Positions 38,549 through 49,674 of a stretch of 64,000 nt of DNA are shown here, in pieces. The stretch spans positions 30,938,001 through 31,002,000 of the forward strand of contig NC_047019.1 of the NCBI RefSeq assembly GCF_902652985.1, read 5' to 3'. How positions within the stretch are numbered: position 1 is the stretch's first letter; the number at the start of each line of letters is the position of its first letter. Source of the DNA: Pecten maximus. Lineage: Eukaryota. A program made the position numbers and the translations under genes. The notes beneath the pieces are model-generated. The model was not told where the DNA came from. It saw only the letters and a list, made by a program, of their open reading frames with translations, and did not search any database.

Positions 38549-39658
38549 CTATAAATCGGTTACATCAGACGCGTGAATCCAGGAGTTAAATTTCTTCGGC
38601 CAGTGTAGCCATTTCACGTAGTATTGTTTGTTTCGACCTTTTCCTCTGGTTTTCAGAATGGTCTCCAACTTCCACATATCATCGTTCCTAACATCTATTT
38701 TCTGTAGCTCGGACTGGTAGAACGTTCCTTTGATCTCGTCTCCATCATAGTCTTTGACTCTATACACCGGTAAGCCTCCACGAAGTATCTTTTGAGAAAT
38801 GGTGAATATCTCCCCCGTCCATTTTTGGTCATATTCTCGGGAGAAAAGGTTTCTCAAATGGGACAATCTTACTTTATCTCCAACTTTGAACTTGAAAGGT
38901 TTACGGACCTTCTTTGTTTTTCGCAAGATTGGTTGGTTTTTAGGCCAATACATTCTCCACCAGATAGACGTCTCCTTATCTTTAGACACATTTGTGGGGG
39001 GCATACCGATCGTTCGGTGATACGTTCGATTGTAGCTATTGGCAAATGTTTGTAATTTCTTAACGTAATCGTAGTTTCTTCTGTGCGTGAAATATCTGTA
39101 CAGTCTGGATTTTATGGTCTTGATTACACGCTCGGCTACGGCTGCTTTGGTTTCGTTTTGGGCATATAAATGCTGTATGCCATATCCATCCAGGAGTGTA
39201 TTCACCGCTTTCGATCTAAATTCTTGGGCCTTATCGGTACGTATCCGGTCCGGCTGTCTCCCCTCGTATAAATTGTCCTGTAGTGCTTTTGCTACAGACG
39301 CACCTTTCTTGTCTTTTAGAGGTCTCATCCACAAATATTTAGAGAAGACATCTATGACAACGAGTACATAGGAATAACCATCGTTTTCACTCTTGAATTT
39401 GACCATGTCCATGAGATCAGCCGACCATTGGTCGTCGATACCCGTCACTATGATTTTGTTTCGCTTGAATGGACGTCGTAGGGATCTCTGAAGACTGTAT
39501 GGCTCTTGGCGTTGTAACCATTTTCTTATTTTATATTTGCTGACGACGTATTTTCCGTCTTTCCGTACATATCTATACAATTTGTCGGGCCCCGAGAAAC
39601 TTCCCGCCTTTGCAGGGTCATAATAAATATCTCTTAGATAATCCTCCCATGAAGACAT
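38549..39658 (-). CDS. Polinton retroviral-like (RVE/DDE) integrase with C-terminal chromodomain
   Basis: Motifs IYYDP..GSFSG, WSADLMDM (D), RIRTDKAQEF (D), KAAVAERVIKTIK (E), FKVGDKVRLS, and chromodomain ILKTRGKGRNKQYYVKWLHWPKKFNSWI. The ORF is open from 39709; Met 39658 is preferred because TATAAATA lies 52 nt upstream of it. Confidence 0.93.
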   Translation of the reverse strand: MSSWEDYLRDIYYDPAKAGSFSGPDKLYRYVRKDGKYVVSKYKIRKWLQRQEPYSLQRSLRRPFKRNKIIVTGIDDQWSADLMDMVKFKSENDGYSYVLVVIDVFSKYLWMRPLKDKKGASVAKALQDNLYEGRQPDRIRTDKAQEFRSKAVNTLLDGYGIQHLYAQNETKAAVAERVIKTIKSRLYRYFTHRRNYDYVKKLQTFANSYNRTYHRTIGMPPTNVSKDKETSIWWRMYWPKNQPILRKTKKVRKPFKFKVGDKVRLSHLRNLFSREYDQKWTGEIFTISQKILRGGLPVYRVKDYDGDEIKGTFYQSELQKIDVRNDDMWKLETILKTRGKGRNKQYYVKWLHWPKKFNSWIHASDVTDL

Positions 39659-39709
39659 CTTTCCTCGTCGAGTACGACACGTTGGAATGAAGCTTTGAAC
39701 AAAATACAT

Positions 39710-39717
39710 TATTTATA
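39710..39717 (-). promoter_or_regulatory. Candidate TATA box of the Polinton integrase gene
   Basis: TATAAATA directly after the ATPase stop codon, 52 nt upstream of ATG 39658. Confidence 0.45.
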
Positions 39718-40389
39718 TCAGTTTTGATCTGCTTCGGTGTCATCGTCCGATTCATCATCTTCGGAGTCATCTTCTGATTCTTCATCTTCAGATTCATCAT
39801 CCCACAACTCTTCTAAAACATGTCGATTCTTTTTAAGTGCCATCTTGATCGCTTTACTATCTCCATATCCATCGTCTATGAATTCTGTTACATCATCCAT
39901 GATCTTTCCGTGGATCATACCATTTCTCAGTTGAAGAATGTACTGGATAATGGCTTTATAATTTTGGTAAAATTTCTCCATGTCTTCAGATTCCATCTTC
40001 TCGTTCGCTTTCGTCTGTGCTTCGTCATCAGACATGCCCTCGTTTACGTATTTATCATACTTTTTATTCCATTTAACCTCATTTGAAGACCTTGACTCAT
40101 TCATTAATGAATTGAAAACTTCATTTTCTTCACTTTCACCACTTTCCTCATCGGACTCTTCATATGAGATCCACCTTTTTGGCTGCGGTCCATCTTCTTC
40201 CTCTATTGATTCTCGTTTCCTTTTCCTAGAATCATTTTCTGGACACCAGGTTTTCAAGTGTCTCTGTAAATCGTGCATGTCTTGGAACATGATACCACAA
40301 TCGTCACAGGCAGCCATATCTTCCTGTTGAAGCTGTGTATCGTCTAGAGTTTGCTGTTTCTGCTGCTGCTGTTGTTGTTGTTGTTGTTG

Positions 40390-40432
<43 letters not shown>

Positions 40433-41291
40433 GAATACGTCTGCTCGGTTTGAGTGTCAGCCTCAAAATGAACATTAGTTTGATCTCTCTGTCCTTTTAT
40501 AGACTGCTCAGACAAGATGTCACTGCGCATGCGTAATGACTCAGATGTTGATGGTTTCAAATCGACGAGAAGATATCCATATGGCTTTTGCGTTGCATCT
40601 TTGAAGTATCTCATCAGGTGTTGATCATTTTCGGGGTACATCTGTCTGGCTAAAGTCATGATCTGTTGTTTATCGATAGGGTTATTGAACAATATCAAAT
40701 AGTGACAATTTCTCCGCTGTGTGGGGTCTTTATTGTAGTAGAGATTCTGATTGATGGCAATAACAGACAAATTTCTGTGGTGGCTTCCCTCCGTAAATAA
40801 TTCGTTAATACGAGGGTCCTTGCTTGCGGTCGACATCAGATCGTCTAGGATGACGAGGTTCCTTATTCGAGGATTTAAGAAGGAATCCTGGTCTAAATCC
40901 AGCGGTATTCCCTTGATGAATTCCACCTTAGGTATTACGGTTGCTTTGATAACGTCGTAGAGAGGTTGCCATCGTTTGTACAGCCATATAATTCGTTGTG
41001 GAGCTGGTTTTATTTTGGTCAAGCAGTTTTGTAGCAGTAACTTGACAAAGTAAGTCTTCCCACAAGAAGTGGGCCCCGATACGTTTGCAGTAAAGGGATG
41101 TATGAAAACGAAATTCTGCTGCTGCTGGGGTAATACATCATATACAGACTGCTTCATAACGTCTATATAGGATGACTTCTGCGGCGGCGGCGGTGGATAC
41201 GCATGACTGCCCTGATGCGACAGTGGATACGCATGACTGCCTTCTTGCGGCGGCGGCGGCGGCGGCGAATACACATTACTACTCTCCTGCA

Positions 41292-41323
<32 letters not shown>

Positions 41324-41439
41324 TGGCTGTCTTTTTGTGGTGGTGTTGTTAGATAACCATGTATGTTTCTCTGATGTCTTTTCATTACATCCATTCTGGA
41401 AAACCATCTTCGGCAGTCACAGCATTGAACTTTATTCAT
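39718..41439 (-). CDS. Polinton A32/FtsK-HerA-like packaging ATPase with N-terminal C2H2 finger and polyP, and C-terminal polyQ, second Zn finger and acidic tail
   Basis: Walker A GPTSCGKT, Walker B LVILDDLM, and A32-like GSHHRNLSVIAINQNLY..RRNCHYLILF. Zn fingers CCDC..HQRNIH and CDDC..HLKTWC. Uninterrupted 573 aa. Confidence 0.88.
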
Positions 41440-41491
41440 GTTTACCCCTCAGTGTCCAGGTATGAAATGACAAACTTTTAGACTTTAGGTC

Positions 41492-41499
41492 TATTTATA
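41492..41499 (-). promoter_or_regulatory. Candidate TATA box of the Polinton ATPase gene
   Basis: TATAAATA 53 nt upstream of ATG 41439; the same motif and spacing occur before the integrase ATG. Confidence 0.5.
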
Positions 41500-41683
41500 C
41501 TCTATTGGGCAGTGCATTATGGGTAAAAAAAAACACCTCAACACATTGTAACAGTCGATATTTATAATCCCTGTCAATTAGACAGTACACAAGTCAGGGA
41601 CCCATCTTGTGTCTGTCTATACATAGAACCTACTTTAAAATGGACAATATGATTTATTTACACTATTGAGAGTCTTCACTCTC

Positions 41684-44338
41684 CTAATTTTGTATCCTCC
41701 AATGGCCGTATGCATAGCTAGTAATCCCATCATCTAGCAGATACCGTTTATCGTCAAATGGTGACAATCCAATCTTATTCATATTAATGTTGTAAAGTTG
41801 ATGCTTATAACTTCTTATCTGGTTCATCTGTGACATGTGGATTTTCCTCTCGAGGAGACACTGCCTATACTGTTCGTATCGGGTATTGTTTTCAATGACA
41901 TGCATTTTTATCCCCTTTGCCTTCTTAACCTCTGTTATGTCCCTTTCAACTTCGCCATTGTTGTAAATGTATGCATACATTTTAGCCTTCAATCCAACAA
42001 AGGCATGTATCGCATTTCCATGAGTTTCATCCTTCATTTTCCCAAGGACCTTCTTATTTGTCAAACTATAGAGCCAATGATCTTTTCTGTAGTCTGATGT
42101 ATCGAACAGGTGGTGATCCTGAAGCATGTCTTCGTAAACATCTCCTGTTTGTATGATATAAGCCAAAGAGTCGGTGTCCGTAAACAAAAGAGTTGCTTTA
42201 TCTCCGTACTTTTGTTTCATGTGATTGTAGTGAAAGTCGTACATCAAGGTTTTTGACATGTCTAAAATGCTAAAGCCAACATAGATAGGCCTATTCAGGT
42301 AGAGTTTCTGTTTGAGCATGTGCACGGCCACGAGATTGTCATTAAATATCCGAAACGCATTAAACGACGGTTTGCTTGCTAACTTTATTGCCTTCTTTCT
42401 GCTGTTCACGAGCTTAACATCCATCCGTTTTCTTAAATTGTCCATGGTTTTTCCAAACACACTGTTGTTCATCAGTTTGTAGAAGTCCTTTTCGAAGTCA
42501 TTTCGCGAACTTTTGCGTCGTTCCGTATTAAAATCAATGTATTTCTTCAGCCAAGGTCCTTGCTTGAAAGTCAATACTCTGTGGTTTTTAGTCAATTTCA
42601 TACCCAGTGAGATGTATTGCTTGAGATTTCTGTAATGAAGTACATATTTCTCTTTGTTGTTCAAATTGGGAACCAACTTTTCTGTTGCTGGCAAATGAAG
42701 AGCCTCTACTTGGCTAGGATGAAGGTCTTTCCATAGATCCTTAGCATACGGAGAAAGCATGTCTTCTGTAACTGTAATTCGCCCAGGAGCTAATGGATAG
42801 TCGTTGTGGAGTTCATGAAGTTCTTTTGGATACTCTAGATCAACTTCCAAGATGAAACCGGTATCGGACTCATCGGGTACTTCCATTACGTTGATATCCC
42901 TTTCGTCTTCACCTAACCAACGGAAATCGTGAGTTGGCAGATATTGGGACATTGCCCAACCATTCAAATTATTTGCATCTAAATATGTAATATATTCTGA
43001 TGACTTTGAAGTCCGAGCCGTTCATTACCGAAATGATGTTCCATGTTCTTAAATCTGTCCATTCCTTCCTTTGCCAAATTTCCTATGAGCTTCTCCAGTG
43101 ATGTTCCCATAAACTGGAAGCTGTCAATAAAATCCATACATCCCATGGAGAAAGATATGTACTTTTCCATATTATTTGGAATACATTTGATCTCCTTCTG
43201 TACATTTCCAATGGCCTGCATGATAAGATGTGAATCATAACCTCTAAGATTGTGAAAGACGACGGGGATTCGTCCCGTATATTTGTAATTAATATTACAA
43301 TCGTTGTGAGCTGGTCCAGTGAATGTACCCGTCACGTGACAATGATCCCGCACTCTGTCGTCCCCTAACTCCTTCCCACAAATATGACAGTCTACTGCCG
43401 TTTTAAATGATTGCCAATCACTACCCGTCATGATCATCGGTTCTACGTGTTTCAGCTTTTGTTCTATTTCCTCTTGCTCCTTAAGCATACAGTCCACAAA
43501 GTGTTCAGTCACATCTGGTCCTCTATAGACTACAGGGTTCTTGGAAGTCTCAGGTGTGAGACCAACTACTTTGTAGGCAAAACTAGAAGGGACATGCTCA
43601 GTAATTTTCTCAGTGTGCGACCTGTTTGGATCATTGGTACACCCTTGTATCGGAACCTGGAAAGCTTCAAAATCAGCATAGATGATATATGGAACTTTAA
43701 GCTGCTTTCGGACATCTTTATAAAACAGCCATTTATCTTTTTCCTCTGGAAGTTTTACTCTCTGTGCACCATGCCCCTTGCAGTAAGTTATGTGGTCGGA
43801 TAGAATCCTTTCTTTTGTGAATCCCTGTAAACAGTACATACAGAAGAAATGACGATGACTGTCGCTCTTTTGATCGTTTAACAAACGATTTAAGTCCTTG
43901 ATCCAGCAATAGTGAGACTTTCGACCATCTGTTAAAAATATCAAGTCTACATGCTGGTCATACCTCTTTTGTGTGATGTGTTTTGGAAATAAAACTCCCT
44001 TTTCATATCCAAGCACGTTGATGGATATTTTGTTTCTGATTTCAAACTTTTGTATGTCTGTGATTTTTACAGGAAAGGCAATATCCGTGAAATCGAGTTC
44101 ATCTTGATGATCGGTGTATTTGGTCAACCGCTCTGGATGATTTTTCACCGGGTGTAATCCTGCTAACACAGACCACATAAAACATTTCTTATCCTTATTT
44201 TGAACGTTGATAATAGCATGTTTAGACCTCAGCTTGATTGGTAGGGGGATATAGCTGGATCCTTTGAGAGGGCTGTATTTGCTCATATGTATTTGTATTT
44301 GGAGCACCTTGTCCAATGTCCAATTACTACCCTGTCGC
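41684..44338 (-). pseudogene. Polinton protein-primed DNA polymerase B, 5'-truncated, with an internal deletion/frameshift near 43013
   Basis: GSNWTLD..YSPLKGSSYIPLP, ExoI IYADFEA, Endo-VII-like CHIC..RDHCHVTG..AHNDCN, ExoII FHNLRGYDSH, then a frame jump to YITYLDANNLNGWAMSQ (motif A), KLMNNSVFGK (motif B) and FTDTDSL (motif C). Combines ORF-track pieces 42979-44316 and 41684-42967. Confidence 0.92.
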
Positions 44339-44558
44339 CATATTCAGCATCATACTGCAGAATGTTTGTTCTAGGTAAAACCAATCATACCTTACCCATT
44401 GAAATTCATTTACTACATAACCATATTCAATCGTTCGCTACGGAGATATTCATAAATGTTGTATAAGATATGTATCGTCTTTTGTATTTTGTTTACTTTG
44501 TGTATCATAGAATGTCCCAAATGAACTTGACTGGTTGAAAACCAGCTATTTCTAAGCA

Positions 44559-44849
44559 TGATGCAATCCCTCGAAATAGATTTGAAAATCCAAACACGTC
44601 ATCAACATGACAACATCGGTACCCCCCCCCCCCCCCCCCTGACGAAGGGGGTGACTGACCCTCTGTTACATCATCGGTACCCCCCCCCCCCCCCCCCCCC
44701 CCCCTGAGGGGTGTGACCTCTTTTATAGTGCACCGGATAACCCTCTGTGACGTCATCGGTACCCCCCTGTCGAAGGGGGGTGCAACTGGGGGGTGGTAAG
44801 GATTATATAGGGGAGAGGGGTGGCCCAGAACCGGTACTTTTGTACTACT
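44559..44849. repeat. Right terminal inverted repeat of the Polinton
   Basis: Reverse complement of 37967-38259. Confidence 0.95.
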
Positions 44850-46719
44850 GCAAAGTATTAAAGTGTACCCCGAACGAAAAACGATATTCAAATATGTTAT
44901 TCTTTGTAACCACCAATGAAGAATGTCGCAAACCGCATCAAAATCGGTTGGCCGAGTGCCGAGATATCGCACATCGAAGTATGCGATTTGCACCTGTCGG
45001 TCGACTGTTTTAAAAAGTGGGAGAAAGGAGAACACACCGCCAGTAGCATAGAGGACAGTGTGAACAGTAGCAACACAAACATGTCTGAATACGGTCTGGA
45101 CATGAAATTTGAGGTTGATGACTTTGGCAAATATTGCCGACAAGAAGTCGGAATCTAACAGTATAAGTTTGAGCTTTAAAAAAAAAAGTAATAATTAGTG
45201 AAATTGACTCTGAAAATGACCGCTTGGTTAACACAGACTGGTGTAATAATCGGTCAATCACCAATAAAAGTATATTAGTTATGTGTTAACCATTTCTTAC
45301 TCATTACTAAAGAAAGGAACACAGCATCAACATTTTAAATAAAATAATGTGCCATTTTATTCGCAAATTAATATTCAAATGAACACACCAACAATACAAC
45401 AGTTCTGGATACTCTGGTTTGTGAGAAAAGACGATACACACGTACAGTAAATGTATGCGTTATATTCTATACAAAACCCGCTTCTAGTCATGAAGGACCC
45501 TTAATTCAGAAAGTAATATATTATAATCATCATGATCTACAATAGACTAAATCTCTCCCGTATGAATACCAGTGTTGAAGCTTACAACAAACTTCTACAT
45601 ATACAGATTTTATCCCTTATTTTACATGTCATGGTCTCAGGGATTACGGACGATTAAATGCTTGAGAAAGATATAATTTATATACGATCGTTGTCAGTGA
45701 AATTATATAAAAGTGATTCGCAACAATTACAATATAATTGATACTTTATGTACAGGTACATAGCATAGGTACTGATTAAAACCATCATTTTAGCTCCGTT
45801 TTTTTATGATAAAAACATACAATTAAGTTCATCGTGACTAATCATAATTAATACTAAAACTTATAAACTCGCAATGATTTTCGTGTATGATTTTTTCAAA
45901 TTTTATTTATTTATTTTTTGTTATTACATGTATAATTATTATTTTTTTTTTTTTTGTAATTGTGTCATTATCGTGAAGTGATCGAGGTCCTTGTGGTTTT
46001 ACTTTCCATTCGTCATATCTTCACTTAAAACAGGATTTTAAAAGATGTATATACATGTTCGGAGAATTACGAATTCTCAAGTTTGAGTGGGTTAGTATAC
46101 CGCTAAACAATTACCAGGTGTGAAATGACGGTCCACAAGCTCGTCACACCTGTCACTGCACCACAGGTGTCTGTGATTTCTGGTGTTCTAATCGGCACAC
46201 GCCGATAATTGCTTGTGAGTTCACGCGTTTGGTTTCTATGCACTTCAAAAAATCATTTCATTTTCCGAAATTTTGGCCCCCAGTGGTGAAACATATTCAG
46301 TATTAACATCAGTTCCAGATTAAAAAATATTGAACTATGCTTAAACAAAAAGATAGAACAATATGTAAATTTAGAACCAGTAATATATTTCTTCCAGGGT
46401 GATGGACCGGAACGTCACCTGAAAATAGAATTTGTCCGTTAATTCGTAAAAAAGTATATACTTAGTTATTATACATGTAACCCATCTATTCATAAAATGA
46501 AAGGATTATCATCATCATGCAATATTAGAGTATCTAGAAAGACATTTGAAACATAATATGTGAATTTCAAACATCAATTTGTAATATATATATATTGTAA
46601 AAATATTCAAATGAAATGTTTTAAAACATACATGCTATCATAAGTACTATAACTATTTTATGATTAAATATACCATCCTGTATTGAACGAAGTTTTATAC
46701 AGTGTATACTACAAACTTT

Positions 46720-46880
46720 GTCTAAATGTATGTGTTAGTCTAAATGTATGTGTTAGTCTAAATGTATGTGTTAGTCTAAATGTATGTGTTAGTCTAAATG
46801 TATGTGTTAGTCTAAATGTATGTGTTAGTCTAAATGTATGTGCTAGTCTAAATGTATGTGTTAGTCTAAATGTATGTGTT
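46720..46880. repeat. 18-bp tandem repeat, 9 copies
   Basis: Unit GTCTAAATGTATGTGTTA. Confidence 0.93.
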
Positions 46881-47643
46881 TCACTATTATATATTATTAT
46901 GCTGTTATAATTTTTGTTGACCTCTTGTCGCACATAATAGTGTGCCTGAGTGCTGGCACATCTTTACATTTAATTTAACTGTTTACAATTCAAACTGTGA
47001 AAATAGGTACATGTATTTCATTTATAATTGTATCACCCATATGGAATAGTTTACCACGATCTGTTGTAGAGGCAGACAGCACACTTTATGAAGAGGTATA
47101 AAAGGAACTCGTGTCCACTCGTGTCAATAAAATGCATTGATATTTCTGAAATGTTTAATTCATGAATATATCATAGGTAATTATTAAAGCCATAATTTTA
47201 GCTCCGTAGTGTATATAAAAAAGACAAGTTTATGCCATCGTGACTAACTATAATTAATACTTCAAACTTACTAAGATCGCAATGATTAAAGTGTATGTGT
47301 TTTGTTGATTAAATCACGTGAAGTGATTGAGATCCTTGTGATTTTACTTTCCAGTCGTGTGTCGCAAGCCATGTCTTCCCTTTAACAGAACTTTAAAAAT
47401 ATATAAACATGCTCAGAGAATTACGTACGAGGTACATCTAAGTAAGAATGGTCGACTTCCCAACAGTTTGGAATCTCAATATAAGTATTACCAGGTGTGA
47501 AATCACGGTCCACAAACTCGTCTCACCTGTCGCAGCACCACAGGTGTCTGTTATTTCGGGCGTTCTGATCGGAACGCGCCGATAATTGCTTGTGAGTTGG
47601 CTTCAATGCACATCTACCTGATATACAAGTCTCTGGTTATATG

Positions 47644-48884
47644 GGCTGTATCTCCATTTGCCCACTTTTTAAAATCCTATAAAGAGGGAAGTGTTGTGAC
47701 AAGAATTATAGTCTATTTCAGAGTAGTTAACCTAAATTTACCTGTGTTTTTTACCTGTGTTTTTCACCTGTTACCTGATTATATCATGATGGTAACTTAT
47801 ACCTATAGGATGTACATATCAAGAAAAACTTATTAATTAAAAAAATGCAATAAATTACAAAATATATATATATTAATTGCATTTATAGACTATAATGAAC
47901 TAATTATCTAAAATCAAAGATTTTTTAATAATCATTTTATCATTACTTATAATATCAATAAAATTTCACCAATTTACAATGATCAGATGTAACAATGTCC
48001 AATAATATTAATGACTGAATGATGGAGATGACTCGCGGATCATCAGCTTTCCAACCACGGACAGCTTATTTGACCTCGCAAACGCCGACACCATCTACTG
48101 CGACGGAACATTCTTCACCTTTATTATGCAAACATTTCAGTCTCCATGTTAACTATACCAGTGCTATTTATTGCATACTGTTAATCATTTGTGTATATTC
48201 TGGTGTTGCTCATGTATCGTATATATGATCTTAGTGTCAAATAAAAAAACTTCTGAAACTTCTGAAACCTGCCCAAGCTTTTCTATCAGATTTATACCAT
48301 CCATGCCACTAATCAGATTTATACCATCCATGCCACTAGTCTACACTTTATTGCCTAGCAAGACCCAGCAGACCTACACCCGAGTCCTCACCCTTCTGAA
48401 GATGACCATGACGAACTACTGTAGTCGATATATGTTGCTGATTGAAATGTATTATCTAGTGTTCTATATACAATTTGTATGTCTGTCGTTGTATAATATG
48501 GTTTTATGTCATTAGTAATCATTACATGTATTCTTTCTAAAAATTTTAATTTTTAATTAAAATGTATTGATATGTAACTGTAGTTATGTATCGCATAATG
48601 TATTTAAAGTAACATATTGTAATGTTATGTAAAATGTGTCTTAAATGAATGAACGCATTTGTATTATAATATTTTCCATAAAATGAAATTAATGTAATAT
48701 TAATGTTACATGTCACAGGTATATATATCTCTATTTCCCCACTTTCTCCAGGTAGAACAGGTAAATGACTACAGGTAAAACACAGGTAAAATTAAAATGG
48801 AACAGACTATAATTGGTTTGCCTTTGTTTTCCTATATCAACACTTTTCTTTGAACTTTAAAAAGTGGGCAAATGGAGAACACCC
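47644..48884 (+). mobile_element. Deleted Mutator-like (MULE) DNA transposon with transposase remnants
   Basis: Imperfect ~110-bp TIRs (TCTCCATTTGCCCACTTTTTAAA..). Near-perfect 9-bp TSD (G/C)GTTATATG. Remnant peptides DLANADTIYCDGTFFT (48018-48119) and MPLVYTLLPSKTQQTYTRVLTLLK (~48330-48400). Confidence 0.8.
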
Positions 48885-49206
48885 CGTTATATGTAGGTAT
48901 ATTTAGCTTGAGTTTTGGTAAGAGTGGCGTATACTATAGGGAATTCATATTTTGTTAAAATTAAACATTATTTACATTGGAATCAGCGAGTCTCTTTTTC
49001 CCTACAAGCAATACATATTCGTATCGCAAAAGTTTGTCTTTAAAATAATCAACCTAAGTTGGCTAACCTTTCGTAGACAAGTTTTATCGATTTCGGACAA
49101 TTATCCGGAAATCACAAATAACGGTATCTTCAAGTGGATTTGCAACGTATCCATTGCTATTTTGGCTTGTAAGAATTCAAATTCTTCAGCATTTATTTTA
49201 CACCAT

Positions 49207-49241
49207 CAGAGACCTATATACTAAATTAATATAGGTCTCTG
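49207..49241. mobile_element. 35-bp CAGAGAC-terminated palindromic remnant with 7-bp duplication
   Basis: ACACCAT-[CAGAGACCTATAT actaaatta ATATAGGTCTCTG]-ACACCAT. Confidence 0.7.
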
Positions 49242-49383
49242 ACACCATGTATGAATTGCATTTTAAACTTCTGTTACTAGATGTATTATAACCGAAATCA
49301 ATATTGGTATGCAACAAACCATGCCCTCATAATGGAGGCTATATGATGTAAGTAGTTACATGTTATAAACGGCCCGTTATAAC

Positions 49384-49674
49384 TATGGAACGCCAAATTA
49401 ACATATATTCAATTAATTGAACCTATCTTCAAAAAATTGAAGATAGTTTCAATTCAATTAGAGATAGGTTTAATTCAATTAGCGATAGGTTCAATAGTTA
49501 GAGATAGGTTCAGTTCAATTGAAGATATGTTCGATTCAATTGTACCCACCTTTAAATAATTACAGATAGGTACAAATAATTGGACCTATTGTGATCTCCG
49601 ATTTATTAAACCTATCTTCAAATTATTGAAGATAGGTTCAATTAATTGAATATATGTTAATTTGGCGTTCCATA
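49384..49674. mobile_element. MITE with long TIRs, TA flanks and internal ~21-bp subrepeats
   Basis: TATGGAACGCCAAATTAACATATATTCAATTAATTGAACCTATCTTCAA and its exact inverted copy ending at 49674. Confidence 0.8.

Larger units (their letters stand above)
37967..44849 (-). mobile_element. Polinton/Maverick element (AGT-type), internally deleted and capsid-less, 6883 bp
   Basis: Termini 5'-AGTAGTACAAAAG...CTTTTGTACTACT-3'. Perfect 6-bp TSD GCAAAG (37961-37966 and 44850-44855). TIRs of about 290 bp. Encodes pPolB, an A32-like ATPase and an RVE integrase. Confidence 0.96.

Noticed and set aside
44489-44496. FoxO consensus site TTGTTTAC next to the right TIR
   Set aside because: A single 8-mer in AT-rich DNA is expected by chance; there is no support for a FoxO-Polinton link.
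44858-44990. Kolobok-like TTAA-starting terminus after the right TSD
   Set aside because: No matching inverted end was found in the window, so it is not called as a feature.
44505-45143. 212-aa ORF, and the 104-aa ORF at 37958-38272
   Set aside because: Both are read-throughs of the GC-rich TIRs and cross the element boundary.
44916-45158. ORF with a THAP-like W..P...VC..H...F pattern beside the Polinton
   Set aside because: It lacks the N-terminal cysteines, and the DNA resembles transposon terminal sequence (CAAAATCGGTT..GAGATAT, and a MULE-like end at 45010-45040). Probably coincidental.
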